From Takakia lepidozioides (taxonomy: Eukaryota > Plantae > Bryophyta): a stretch of 64,000 nucleotides of DNA. The notes under the pieces are model-generated. The model had not been told where the DNA came from, did not search any database, and saw only the letters and a program-made list of their open reading frames with translations. Shown here in pieces: positions 25,201 to 36,343 of the stretch; positions within the stretch are counted from its first letter, which is position 1; each line of letters opens with the position of its first letter. The translations under genes and the position numbers were made by a program. Location: positions 19,344,001 through 19,408,000 of the forward strand of contig CM060731.1 in NCBI GenBank assembly GCA_030704615.1, read 5' to 3'.

Positions 25201-25644
25201 AAAGCAATTCCTGTAAGCCCTCAGGAACCGCCGTATACGTCGTCTCTCTCCTCCGGTGACAATGGGTCCAATGTCAGGCTCCCAATTGTCCTCTGTAACT
25301 GCAACCTTAAGTCCAGTGGGCTTAGAGGTAGAGACGCGTCCGTGGTTGCTATGTGCAACCTCTTGAGCAGTACTCCCTGCCTGCTCAGTCAATAACAAGA
25401 CCTCATCCTGCCCCATCATCTCATCATTGAGGACCTCCTCAACCGAGAAGAATCCCCAACCTCATCTATTACAGCCGCCTTGGCTGCCAACTCCCTCTGA
25501 ACCTCGAGCACCTCCCACGTGTGCCATGGATGACTATGCCCTGTGGTCCTCACCGGCTCGCCCCCACTCACTGCCTGTACCGTCTCGGTAGGCAGAGAGA
25601 CCATCGAGGGAAGTGTACTCCGCACTCTGCGTTGCTCAGCCAGA

Positions 25645-26600
25645 GCCAAGCTGATAATCCAGGTCAAGCAATTGAGATCCATTGCTTGCCCCAACACTTG
25701 ACGAGGTGATGCCTCAGAAAGAGACGACACCGCTGTGGTACCAGTGGTAAAACCCATTGCCCGCTCACGCTTGTCGGCTCCACTAACTGCTGCAACTGAG
25801 CATCCCACAGGAGGCCAGGTCCACTATCCCGGAAAGCATGCGATCCTGGGAAGCTGAGCAGTGTAGGTAATGCTGCTCGTGGTTGACCCACCTTGTTGAC
25901 CACTGCCAAAGGCGAATGGTCATCGTGTCTCACACGCTGAGACTGCCTCCTGTGTCCAGAATGCTATCCACTGTAAGATGTGCTGGCCGCTGCACCCCAT
26001 CAAATGCACGCTTGAGCAGTGCGGGTGGCATCAAGTTAGTCCACCATAGCCGTGGACGATGAGCCCGTGACCCCACTGTAGCTGCATCTAGCAACACTGC
26101 TGACCCAAGCTATGACCGGACTTGATGCACACTGGCCATTACCTTGGCCCGAGAATCGCCCATCAGTGGCACATTCTCCAAGATGTATGCTGGAGATACA
26201 GCTTGATGAAGCTGCAAGTGGCGCAAAACCCGCACCATCTCCCAAAACAGACCCGACCTCGAGTCTCGCAATCCATTGCCATGCCCGGCTGATGAATGCC
26301 CTTGGCAGGGCCAACCTGCCACTACCAGATCAATGGAGCCAACCCGCTCCAAATCTGCGCCCCCCAGCAACGAAATGTCTGCTGGCAAGGCTTGCTGATA
26401 TCCACGAATTGCAGACACCGACAACAACTCAGGGTACTGCTGCACCAATTGAGCAACATGGCGAAGTGAAACGCGTCGTGCAGTCTCATCCCTCTCCACA
26501 TACAGGTAACGCCGAACTCGTACACCTGCCTGTAACACAGCAGCCAATCCGGTGCTGATCCCGCCAAACAAGTCCAGAAGACAAATGCCTTCATCCGGAT
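25645..26600 (-). pseudogene. C5 cytosine DNA methyltransferase domain, DNMT3-like, inside pol between protease and RT
   Basis: Motif I LLDLFGGISTG; II YVERD; IV DLVVAGWPCQGHS; VI YILENV; VIII LLDAATVGSRAHRPRLWWTNL (read through the TAG at 26110-26112); IX ERAMGFTTGTT; X RQVLGQAMD. Confidence 0.92.
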
Positions 26601-26899
26601 ACTGCCACACAATAGGTGTGGTGTCCAATGGAGACAACTGAGGTGGTCCTGGTGCAATCCCCGCACTCTCCTCCTCTCTGACGGTACAAAAGCCTCCACC
26701 CAGGCTTGTTGCACCCGTCGATCAGCATCCCGCTGCAAATCCTTGCTCGTGCCCCACAATGGAGTCTGAGCAACCATGGTAGGCAACTCCGCCATACCAT
26801 ACATGTCATCCTGCTCTCCCGGAGGTGGCACATCCTCTGAATGAGCGTTGCCCTCAAGCAACTCTCTAGGCCAACTCACTGCCGCTGTGAATGCTGCTA

Positions 26900-27458
26900 G
26901 TGTCGGCATCTTGCCTCGCTGGGCAACCGCAACTCCTCCTATGAATGTCACAGGGAGCTGCACACGCCGGCCCTCCCCTGACTGCCATGCAGGCCTATAG
27001 GAAGCTGACTCCTCCCAAAAATCCAGGGTGAAGCCCATGGGGTACAACACTGCCCCACCAACCAGGACATCGTATGAGACCGCGTCTGTCACAATGGCCT
27101 TGGCTCGCATCACTGAGCCATCTGTAGGGTGATCCGGCCGTAGTCTGATAGCCAACTCACGCCGTGTCATGCCCCGAGCCTGCTCCGATCCTCCCAGAGA
27201 CGTCTGTATCTGGAAAGGACAAGGCTCCATATCCGCCTCCGTGAGGCCCAAGCCTGCAATAGCAGCTCTGCCCAGCATCAATGGCTGAGCTCCCGAGTCC
27301 AACAAGACCCGCAGTGGCCGGTACCTCTTGCCTGCCGATCCACTCAAACAGAAAATGTCATCCTGGTTGTCTAACATGACAACTCCAGGTGTCACCATGG
27401 CGCGCTCAATGGCTGGCCTAGCTGGCAGCTCCATCAACTGGCAGCTGCAGCTTGCCAT
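26900..27458 (-). CDS. Retroelement aspartic protease domain
   Basis: RVLLDSGAQ (D-S-G catalytic motif ~27300) and YDVLVGG (ILG-equivalent). Confidence 0.85.
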
Positions 27459-27694
27459 GGCGCCGCCGTGGCAGTCTTGACCCTCAAATCCGAGGATCCC
27501 TCCGGCACTACACCTCCCACTATCTCCGCAGAAGATGAAGTAACCTCCCCACTCTCACAGAGTGTAGCTGCCAGCCTGAACACCTCAGCTGGTCTTACCC
27601 CGGCGTCGCAATCATGGTAGCCGAGAACAATGGAGCCTGGCACACAGATGTGGCCGCTCCTAGCAGCACACTAGCTGCCGTAGCCTTGGCAACA

Positions 27695-29520
27695 CTAGGT
27701 AGTGGTGCTACCCGTGTAGCTCTCCCCAATGGCATAGTAACCTCCGCCTCGGTAACAGTCGGGGCGAGAACTAGGTGCCATGGATGGCGTCGACACTGTC
27801 TCCGCCAATGTGAATGACTGAGGAAGCCTAGCCTGACGGCTTGCCTCCCCACGCTGTGGATCCAACTCCACCTCTGCACCTCGTGGCTCAGGAACTCGTG
27901 CTGCTCCTCGAGTCATGGCTGCAGCAGACTCCACCTGCACTAGTGGTAGTGCTGCTCCACACATAAATCCCATGCCTCCCATATCTCCTCCCTCAGGAGC
28001 AGGAGGTGGACCATCCGGCCTTAGAGCCGGTACCACCTGAGCTGTAGCCATGGCAGCAAGCCTCTGCTCTAGCTGCTGAAGCCAGTTGGCCATGCCTTGG
28101 TCAACACCCTGACCTCCGCGTCCTTGGCCATGTTGAGCTTGCCCTTGGCCTGCACCTTGTGGCTGGCCACCTCGTCCTCTCTGGGCTGCTTCACCTTGCC
28201 CCCGGCCACCATTGTTCCCTTGGAACTGGCCTGGGCGCAACTCAGGATGCAAACCATAACACTGGGCCTCTCCATGCCCGTGCTTGCCACAATGCCCACA
28301 CTGCAATTGTGCAGGTTGTGCATGTGCCGGCCCTTTGCCTCCCTCTGGGCAATCCTTCTTGACATGGGGTCCTCCACATGTCTAGCACACCACATCCGCT
28401 CGTTGTTGGCCAGCAAATGAAGGGAGAGACCCCTGCATCTGAGGTCCTCTCTGCCCTTCCCTGAGCTTCACCTTAGCCCCCTTGTTGCCTTGAGCACGTT
28501 GAGGTAGTGGTTGGCTAGGAGCACCACTACCCCGTGGTGTCTCATCAGCAAATCCCACCATGACCACTCGTTCCTCCACCATGTTGAGCTCTATCCGCTC
28601 TGCCAGCAAAAACACATTTGCTAAGGTGGATTGGGCCGCTTGTAGGAGAGTTGCATCCCGCACCCTTCTCCTCAGCTCCTTGTCCAATATCCCATACCAG
28701 AATTGGACTGCCTAAGCTTCTGTAACCCCTTGGGTTACATTTATCAAGCGCCTCATGCGAGTGAAAACCTCCCTCAAGCTCTCGGTCGGCTTCCGTTGGA
28801 ACTCTTGCAAGCTCCGCAACTTCTCTGTCCTCACCCCTTGGTAGTTCCCTCTCAACTCTTCGAAGAACTCCACAACAGGGTTGAAGGCAGGCACGGCTGC
28901 TAGTGCTGGTGCAGTAGTGGCTTGGGTGGACGTCGTAGCTACTGTACCACCAGTCCCACTAGTCCCACTGCTACTTGCTGAAGCTGCCGGTGCAGCGGCA
29001 GGTGTAGCCATTGCCCTCGTGGCTCTAGTGCCCCTAGTGATGGAGACATAGTCGGGTGACCAGTACATCCTCCACTCCTCAATCTCAACCTCATGCCCCC
29101 GCCTGAACTCATGGTAATCATCCATAGGCGGCCCCTCAAGGTGTTGAAATAGCCCTTTCCATGCCATGAACGGCGTAAATAGTTGTGGATTGCGCATTTG
29201 CTGCAAATCACACCAACTATCAAACTCTTGGATAAAATCATCCAACTCGATGGTGCCCACCGCCCCCAGAGTACCTTCGTGGCCCCTTGGTAGCTCCATA
29301 CATCTCCTCCATTGTGTCCCACAACAATGGCAAAGAAACAACTTGCACCGCCGGTATGAGTTCTCCTGATTCACAATCCGAATCAGAACCTTCCGTAGAA
29401 GACACGGGAGGTGAAGGTGGCCTAAACTGCACACCTCGTCTTGTGTACCTACTAGTATTGCTAGTGCTCGAACCGCACTGTCCCCAACAACTAGTGGCAC
29501 CTCCGTGTTGACACTCAACC
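27695..29520 (-). pseudogene. Gag-like region with two CCHC zinc knuckles
   Basis: FQRKPTESLREVFTRM (major-homology-like region), C*TCGGPHVKKDC (~28350-28390) and CGHCGKHGHGEAQC (~28260-28300). Confidence 0.85.
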
Positions 29521-29789
29521 GGTCATGAACATGTCCCTAACCCCCTCTCCACAAGGTAACCGGGTAGAGAACCTGTTGCGGCTTATGGTTTGGAATACTA
29601 AGTTCCTAACATAGCCTATACCTGTACCTGCATCCACCGCAAGCACTCTTGCATGACCATGGGAATATCATGAAGATACTCCTCAAACCGCCCTCCACGA
29701 GCTTCAAAATTCGGCCTTCAAGACCACATGCCAGTCCTTAGGCAGTCCACCAGTGCCTCCACGAGTCGGCACAGGCCGTCCACAGGTCA

Positions 29790-30475
29790 ACACGGGCCAC
29801 CATAGACCAGCACAGCCCACACAGCTCACTGGTCACAGCCGTCACAGTCCCACAGGCCACTGGGCACAGCCTGTCACACCCCGCCACAGCCTGTCACAGC
29901 CCATCACAGCCTCACATGCCACAGGGCATAGCTGCCACAGCCTGTCATAGCCCCGCTCAGCCCGTCACAGCTCGCCACAACCTGTCATAGCCCGTCACAG
30001 CCCCACAGGCCACTGGGCACAGCCTGTCACAGCCCCTCACAGCCTGTCACAACCCTTACAGCCCCTCACAGCCCCTCACAGCCCCGAAGGCCACCGGCGC
30101 AGCCCAGCACAGCCCCTCACAGCCCTGAAGGCCACCGGCGTTAGCCCGGCACAGCCCCTCACAGCCCCAAAGGCCTCAGGCACGGCCTGACACAGCCCCT
30201 CACAGCCCCAAAGGCCTCAGGCACGACCTGTCATAGCCCCTCACAGCCCATCACAGCCCCAAAGGCCTCAGGCACGGCCTGTCACAGCCCCTCACAGCCC
30301 ATCACAGCCCCAAAGGCCACGGGCACAGTCTGTCACAGCCCTCACAGCCCGTCACAGCCCCAAAGGCCTCAGGCACGGCCTGTCACAGCCCCTCACAGCC
30401 CCTCACAGCCCCAAAGGCCACGGGCACAGCCTGTCACAGCCCCCAAGGCCACAGGGACAGCCCGTCACAGCCCCA
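29790..30475. repeat. C/A-rich tandem array of CACAGCCC-based units in the retroelement 5' leader
   Basis: Dozens of (T/G)CACAGCC(C/T) motifs in higher-order units such as CACAGCCCCAAAGGCCTCAGGCACGGCCTGT. Confidence 0.9.
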
Positions 30476-32930
30476 TCCATGGCCGCTCTGGCAGTTTAGC
30501 CATTTCTCCAAGGGGTTTAGCCACGCCAAGCTAGGGTTTGTGTCTCTTGGACTCTAGGCTTCTTTCCACCGAGCTATGGCGGCTGTGAGGAAATCAACAA
30601 GGTATTCTTGCTCTTTCGGCTCCCACACACCACCATAGTAGCCCTAAGCCATGAGGTGGTTGCCACAAACCAAGCCTTCTTTCTCACTTAGCCTCCCCAA
30701 ACACGCCACTAAACTCAATGGCAAACAACCAAGCCCTGCTGGTTCCCAGCCCTTGTGAGCACTCATTCAAGCACTCTCCTTGGCCATAGCATCTGTCTTA
30801 GAGCCTATTCCAGCCCCCTACACCTGCTGCTTCAAGAGTTGCGCTCCCGTCAAGCTTGAAGTTGGAACCCCAACTCACATAGGCCCTACAAAGTGCTTTT
30901 CTTTCACTCCAAGTGGAAACCAGCCCTAGAGCTTCCATTTTAGCTCTCTAAAGCTTGAAAACAAGAGCCTCAATGGGCTAAAGGCATGCTCCACACATGC
31001 CCCACTCTCACCATAAGAGAATCAGCTCATTTGCTTCATTTCTTGCACCCACAAACCTGAAAATACAAGCTTCAGCAGGCTGAAAGCATGCTCCACATGC
31101 CCTACAGGGAAACCAGCCCTTCCTTCCTTTCTTGCACTCCCACACCTGAAAGTGCAAGCCTTCACCAGGCTGATAGCATGCTCCACACATGCATTGCCCT
31201 CACATAAGGGAAGTCAGCCCTTCCCTCTTCCTTGCTTGCCCTCCAAGCTTGAAGATGGAAGCTTCAATGAGCTGAATACATGCTCCACACATGCAACCTC
31301 TTCACACATGAGATATCAGCCCCCTATCTTGGCTCCTTGGCTCCTTGGCTCCTTGATGCTCTCTAAGACAAGACTAAGCACTCCACAGCCTTTGCCAAGC
31401 TCCTGAAACCCTAAGGCTTACATTTCCAGCCACAAGACACTTCTCTTGTGGTACAAGAGCTCTTCTTCCAAGCTCTGAAACCCTAGGTGCACATTCCATG
31501 GCCTTGCCGCACCTCTTAGCTCCTGTTCTAGCCCTGCTCTTGCCATGACAAGAGCCTTCTCAATGCTGAAGCTCGAGATTGAAACCCAATCTCACCATAC
31601 TCCACAAAGTGCACTGATTTGCCCCAAGCCAAATCAGCCCTTTCGCTTGGTCTTGCAATCCTTCACACAATGAAAGCTCGCATTCCCAAGTCCAATTCTC
31701 AGCTTTGCCACCAAAGCCACTATAACCTGCTCTTGACTGGTCCTCTTCCCAATCGTGCTTGCTCATGCATGTACACAATCTGAAACCATCAAAGTGCTCT
31801 GGAATTACCTGCAGCATGGTGCTTTCATCTCTGAAGCTGAAGATCGAATGCCAAGGTCTAGCACCTCGTAACCCACATCGCCTCTGCTTCTAACAACCAA
31901 GAGCTCCACGGTGCTCCTTGCATAACAACTTGGTTTCTCTCATTCTCAAGCAAAAACCACAAGTGCTACAACTAACTCGTATCTGGCACTCACAGATACG
32001 AGCTCATCTTTCTCGAGTGATAAAGAGAAGAATACAAGCACAAGCTCATGCGAGCTCACAAAGCTGAAGCATAAACTCATGCATATATAACCTCATCACT
32101 CAAATACAAGTCAAGCCAAGTGCACCCCACGCCATGGGGAATCCACACTACGGTGCCATAGCTAGGCGCGGTGAGGCTCAACTCGAGAAAGATGAGCCTC
32201 CCGCGCTTGCCGTGAAGATAACCACTCCAGGGCCTAAATCTGCCTTACTTGGGCCAATCCCAAATATCAATATGTAAAAACTAGCTATTTCCTAGCTAGT
32301 TTCACACTAGTGGTAAAATAACTTGACAGAGAGTTTCAGCCTCTCATTTAAAGATAATAGGGTCTTCAATGGGCACGTGCGATGTGGCCGATGGGCCCCG
32401 CGCACGGACGCCCGGCTCCCTAGCACCCCGCCCGCCCCGCCCGCTGCTGCGCGCAATCGCCCAGTCGCGGGCGCGGCTGCAGCAACCGCGCCCGCGCCCC
32501 CGTCTGCCGCGCGGCCAGTCCCCCGCCCACGAGTCCGCTGCCCTCCAGTCTGCCAGTCCGCTGCTGGCCAGTCGGCTGCCCAGTAGTATGCCAGTCTGCC
32601 AGTCTGCCCGCCAGTCCGCTGGCCAGTCCCCTGCCATCCAGTCCGCTGATGACGCAGGATCGCCACCGTCCATTCCCATAACCCATCCGAGCCCTCCATT
32701 TTTAGGGCTGCAATTCAAACCTGCATCCCTGCCGCCTGCCACTTGCCACTTGCCAGCAGCCGCGAACGTGCGCACCGTTCTCCTGGCACGTTGTCGATCG
32801 TGTCTTGTACTGCGGCGCGTTTCTTGCATGTTCAGAAGCGTGTCCTTTGTACTGTATAGGGCATGGACATGGAAGCAAAACCCGATGATATACTGATCAC
32901 GGAAAGTCCGCTTATATAGCCTCTTCGACA

Positions 32931-35900
32931 ATGTTTGCAAACAGCAAAACCAAGTCCTTTCAACAGGAATGATCTCCTTTGGAAGAGTGAGACGCAATAT
33001 GGGTTTATGGGTGTGCGAGTGAATGTTGAAAAGGCCTGCATACCTTGGGATAGAGTTGGTGACTTCGTCCTGGGAGAGGAGAGTTTGGAGGACTACCCCA
33101 CTCAGTTTTGGGTGAATGTCCATTCTAAAGTGGAACCCGGCTTGCGAAAAGCACCCAGAGCCAACACATTTCTGTCCAGTATTATGTGTGCACCATCCTC
33201 AGTCCTTTTGACGTTTCATTGCATGTCTATTGCCATTTTTTGTTTCACGAGTTCTCTGATTTTATGCTTCCTCAAGTCGTTGGATATCGATTTTAGAATT
33301 TTCTGTCCATGTATCAATGCTGCTACGGTCCTGATGACAAGCGCACCAACAAGGCAATAGTGGAGGATCCAAAACAGAAGCGTGGAGGACCTCTTGTGGG
33401 TGCTGGAACATCTTGCCCTCATAAAGGCCCAAGGAGAAAGAAGTCGGAGTATGGAGAGTCTTACAAACGTGGTTGCCAATGCTGTTTCAAGGTCCAGCAA
33501 TGCTATCTCGCCCCTGACATCTGTGTCCTCACGTACTACAACAAGATGGAGCATACAGATGCACAAGGGAAACCCTCGCATGGGAAGTCCGCAGAGTTCA
33601 GGAACACCCGCCACGCCTATGCACCATACATTAGCGAGGAGTTGAAAGCCTGGGTCGTCGAGTGTTTGTGCCGAGGCCTATCGGTCGCCCAAATCATGAT
33701 GGAGCATAAAGAGCACGTGATGAACAACACCGGCTTGGGCGATGCATGGACCCGCGATGATTTCTTGTTGGAGCAAGATGTTCGAAACCTTGCCGAGAAA
33801 CGTGCGTGACAAACCTTCAAAAAGCTCGCCAATGATGCAGAAAGTGTGCGCATGTGGAGAGACCAGAATCCTGCATCCATTTTTTTCTATCAAGAGGAGA
33901 AATTAGAGTCAACATTCGAGCATTTTGATGGAGATTTGACATTCACTATTGGCATACAGACTCCGTGGCAGAAACGACGAATGCTGGAACTAGGACATGA
34001 CCATATCGTTGCATGTGATGCAACCTTTGGGACAAATCATGACAAGATACTATTCGAATGATTCCATGGACTTGTACGAGCATGATAGCATAGTACCATG
34101 CAACATTCACATAATATTTGGTGTGCTGACCCTTTCTGTATGTTTAGGGTTGTGTACGTTGCGGAAGACCGAGAGGCAGACCCATTGTGAACCGCTACAG
34201 ACCTCATCACTCTTATGAAGTCTTCTCGTGCAGAACTGAGCGGAATTTGCATGCTCTGACCATCTTACATTGTGCATTCCAACAGTTCCCATTGTACACG
34301 TTGATGGTCTTCGACGAGTGGTTGAACGGTATACCAATTGCCTATATCCTATCCGCAAGGAATCGGACAAGAGACCTGGTTCCGTGGATGAGAGCCTTGC
34401 GCGATTCACTCCTCGCAGATTTGCCGAGCTGGCGACCCAATGCCTTCATTGTGGACGATGCCGAAGCATAAATCAACGTTATTCGGTAAGTCTGTTGGTC
34501 CACAGCACCGGTCCATTGTCGAGGTCCACTGCAGCAGTCCATTGCTACAGTCCACCGGCAGACTCCTATGGCAAAACCCGATGGCAATTCGCTGGGCAAA
34601 TCCACTGGTAGTCCGCTGTCAAGTCCGGTCATCAGTCCCCTGGCAAGTCCGCTGGCAGTCCCACTCGGCAGTCCCTGGCAAGTCCGCTCGGCAGTCCGCT
34701 GTGGCAGTCCAATGGGGCAGTCCGCTGATGCAGTCCGCTGCCCCAGTCCTAGCTAGGGGAAGTCCACTGGGTAGTCCAATGGGGTTATTCCAGCACATCA
34801 ACGTCATGGCATTGTACTGTCCACTGGGCGAATCCAGTGGCTCTGCCCGCTTGATACAGGTCGCTGTTACAGTCCACTCCGGTAGTCCACCATTGCAGTC
34901 CGATCCCAAGACTCTAATGTGTACCATGTGTGTTGTGTAGAATTGTTTTTGAAGGAGTACTCATTTTCCTTGCCTTTGGCATGTCCGCAAGGCATGGGTG
35001 AAGCAATCATGCAAGAAAACGAAGGATCCGGTGACCGTTGTAAACTTGTTGAAGGATATGGGAGACCTCATGTACTGTAGAGGGGGACCACGCAACGAGA
35101 AAAGAGCGCTTCGGTGGGTTGCAAGGAGAATCCGTCGTATGAGGTCAAAATACCCAAAATGACATGAATTTCTTGACTATATCGAACAGTACTGGAAGCC
35201 CAAAATAGCAATGTGGTGTACAGCAGCCCGCCATGTCCTCATGCGAGCCAAGACACAAACGCAAGCATTGAGGCATACCATGGAAATCTGAAGGCAAGAC
35301 TTGTCATGGGGAAAGGCAAGATGAGTGGTCGTAGAGTGGACTGGCTTATATGGGAACTCACTGGCCGTGTGCTAACACACTACTGGTACGCAATCCATTT
35401 GAAGACCCACGGGTTCATAAGAAATGACAAACACGAAAAGTACATATCCAGTTCTATACTTGCGGCACGAGACATTCCTGCTGAGAGTGTTACTCTTCCC
35501 TTGGGTCCTGGTGAACCAGCCTACGTTCTCAGCAGCAACCACCCCGGCACAACATACATTGTTTACAATCCTGATTGCGATTGGGGTTGTTGCACGTGCC
35601 CATGGGCAATGAAGGGAAACTTATGCAAGCATCAGGTCCGTGTCCTGAAGATGCTTCACCCTGACCTGCAGGATGGCCTCCTTGTGCGCGCTTGTGGCAC
35701 AGCGCTGGGAACCATTCATGGAGGATTACCTAACTTGCTCTTGGGCAATGGTGCCGGCGGCAACGACGAATCCAATCAGTTCATGGAAAGACATCCTCCG
35801 GACGACTTCCCCTACGACGAGGCACCTCTGGAGGTCTCAGCCTCATTGGAACAAGAATTCGCGGACATACTTTGCATTGTAGGTGATGACAAATACCTGG

Positions 35901-36343
35901 AGGCACATGCCCGATCTGCTCTTCATATGTGCAGAGGGCAGCTCGTTGATATCCTGGCGAAAAGTGCGGCTGGAATGTTGCACCCTGCGGCAGCGAAGGC
36001 TTTCCGTCCTCTGAACGACAACAACAACATGTCTCTGAAAAGGAGACGAGATTTCGTGGAGGCCTGGAAAACCCGGCCTAGGGTTTTGCGGAGAACCAGC
36101 AAGAGGGTGTCTGCACCTGCACTGCAGCACATATATACTCGAAAATTGCAAGGTTTCAGGTCGTGTAGATGTCACGAAGAAGACAATATAAGTCTGCAAT
36201 GCCTCGAAAAGAGACAAGGTTTCACGTCGTGTAGGTGTCACGGAGAAGACAATATAAGTCTGCAATTCCTCGAAAAGAGACAAGGTTTCATGTCGTGTAG
36301 GTGTCACGAAGAAGACAATATAAGTCTGCAATTCTTCTGGTAG
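32931..36343 (+). pseudogene. MULE-type DDE transposase with SWIM zinc finger, ~4 exons, nonsense mutations
   Basis: RGCQCCF...H (WRKY/GCM1-like), ACDATFGTN, FPLYTLMVFD, AFIVDDAEA, LWHVRKAW, TNASIEAYH, SWIM CTCPWAMKGNLCKH. Introns at ~33186-33296, ~34048-34285 and 34486-34940. Stops at 33807, 34469 and ~35160. Confidence 0.9.
36149..36340. repeat. Three 66-bp tandem repeats at the transposase 3' end
   Basis: AGGTTTCA.GTCGTGTAG.TGTCACG.AGAAGACAATATAAGTCTGCAAT at 36151, 36217 and 36283. Confidence 0.9.

Larger units (their letters stand above)
21717..32328 (-). mobile_element. Ty3/Gypsy-type retroelement carrying a DNMT3-like methyltransferase and a PHD finger; no LTR pair detectable; degenerate
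   Basis: TGTC...GACA termini and 4-bp TSD GAGA (21713-21716 / 32329-32332). Gag-PR-DNMT-RT-RH-IN-PHD lie in order on the minus strand with several stops and frameshifts. Confidence 0.92.

Noticed and set aside
26110-26637. Bacterial restriction-modification methyltransferase or contamination
   Set aside because: It is embedded colinearly in a retroelement pol inside intron-containing plant DNA, has DNMT3-type motifs and has no cognate endonuclease.
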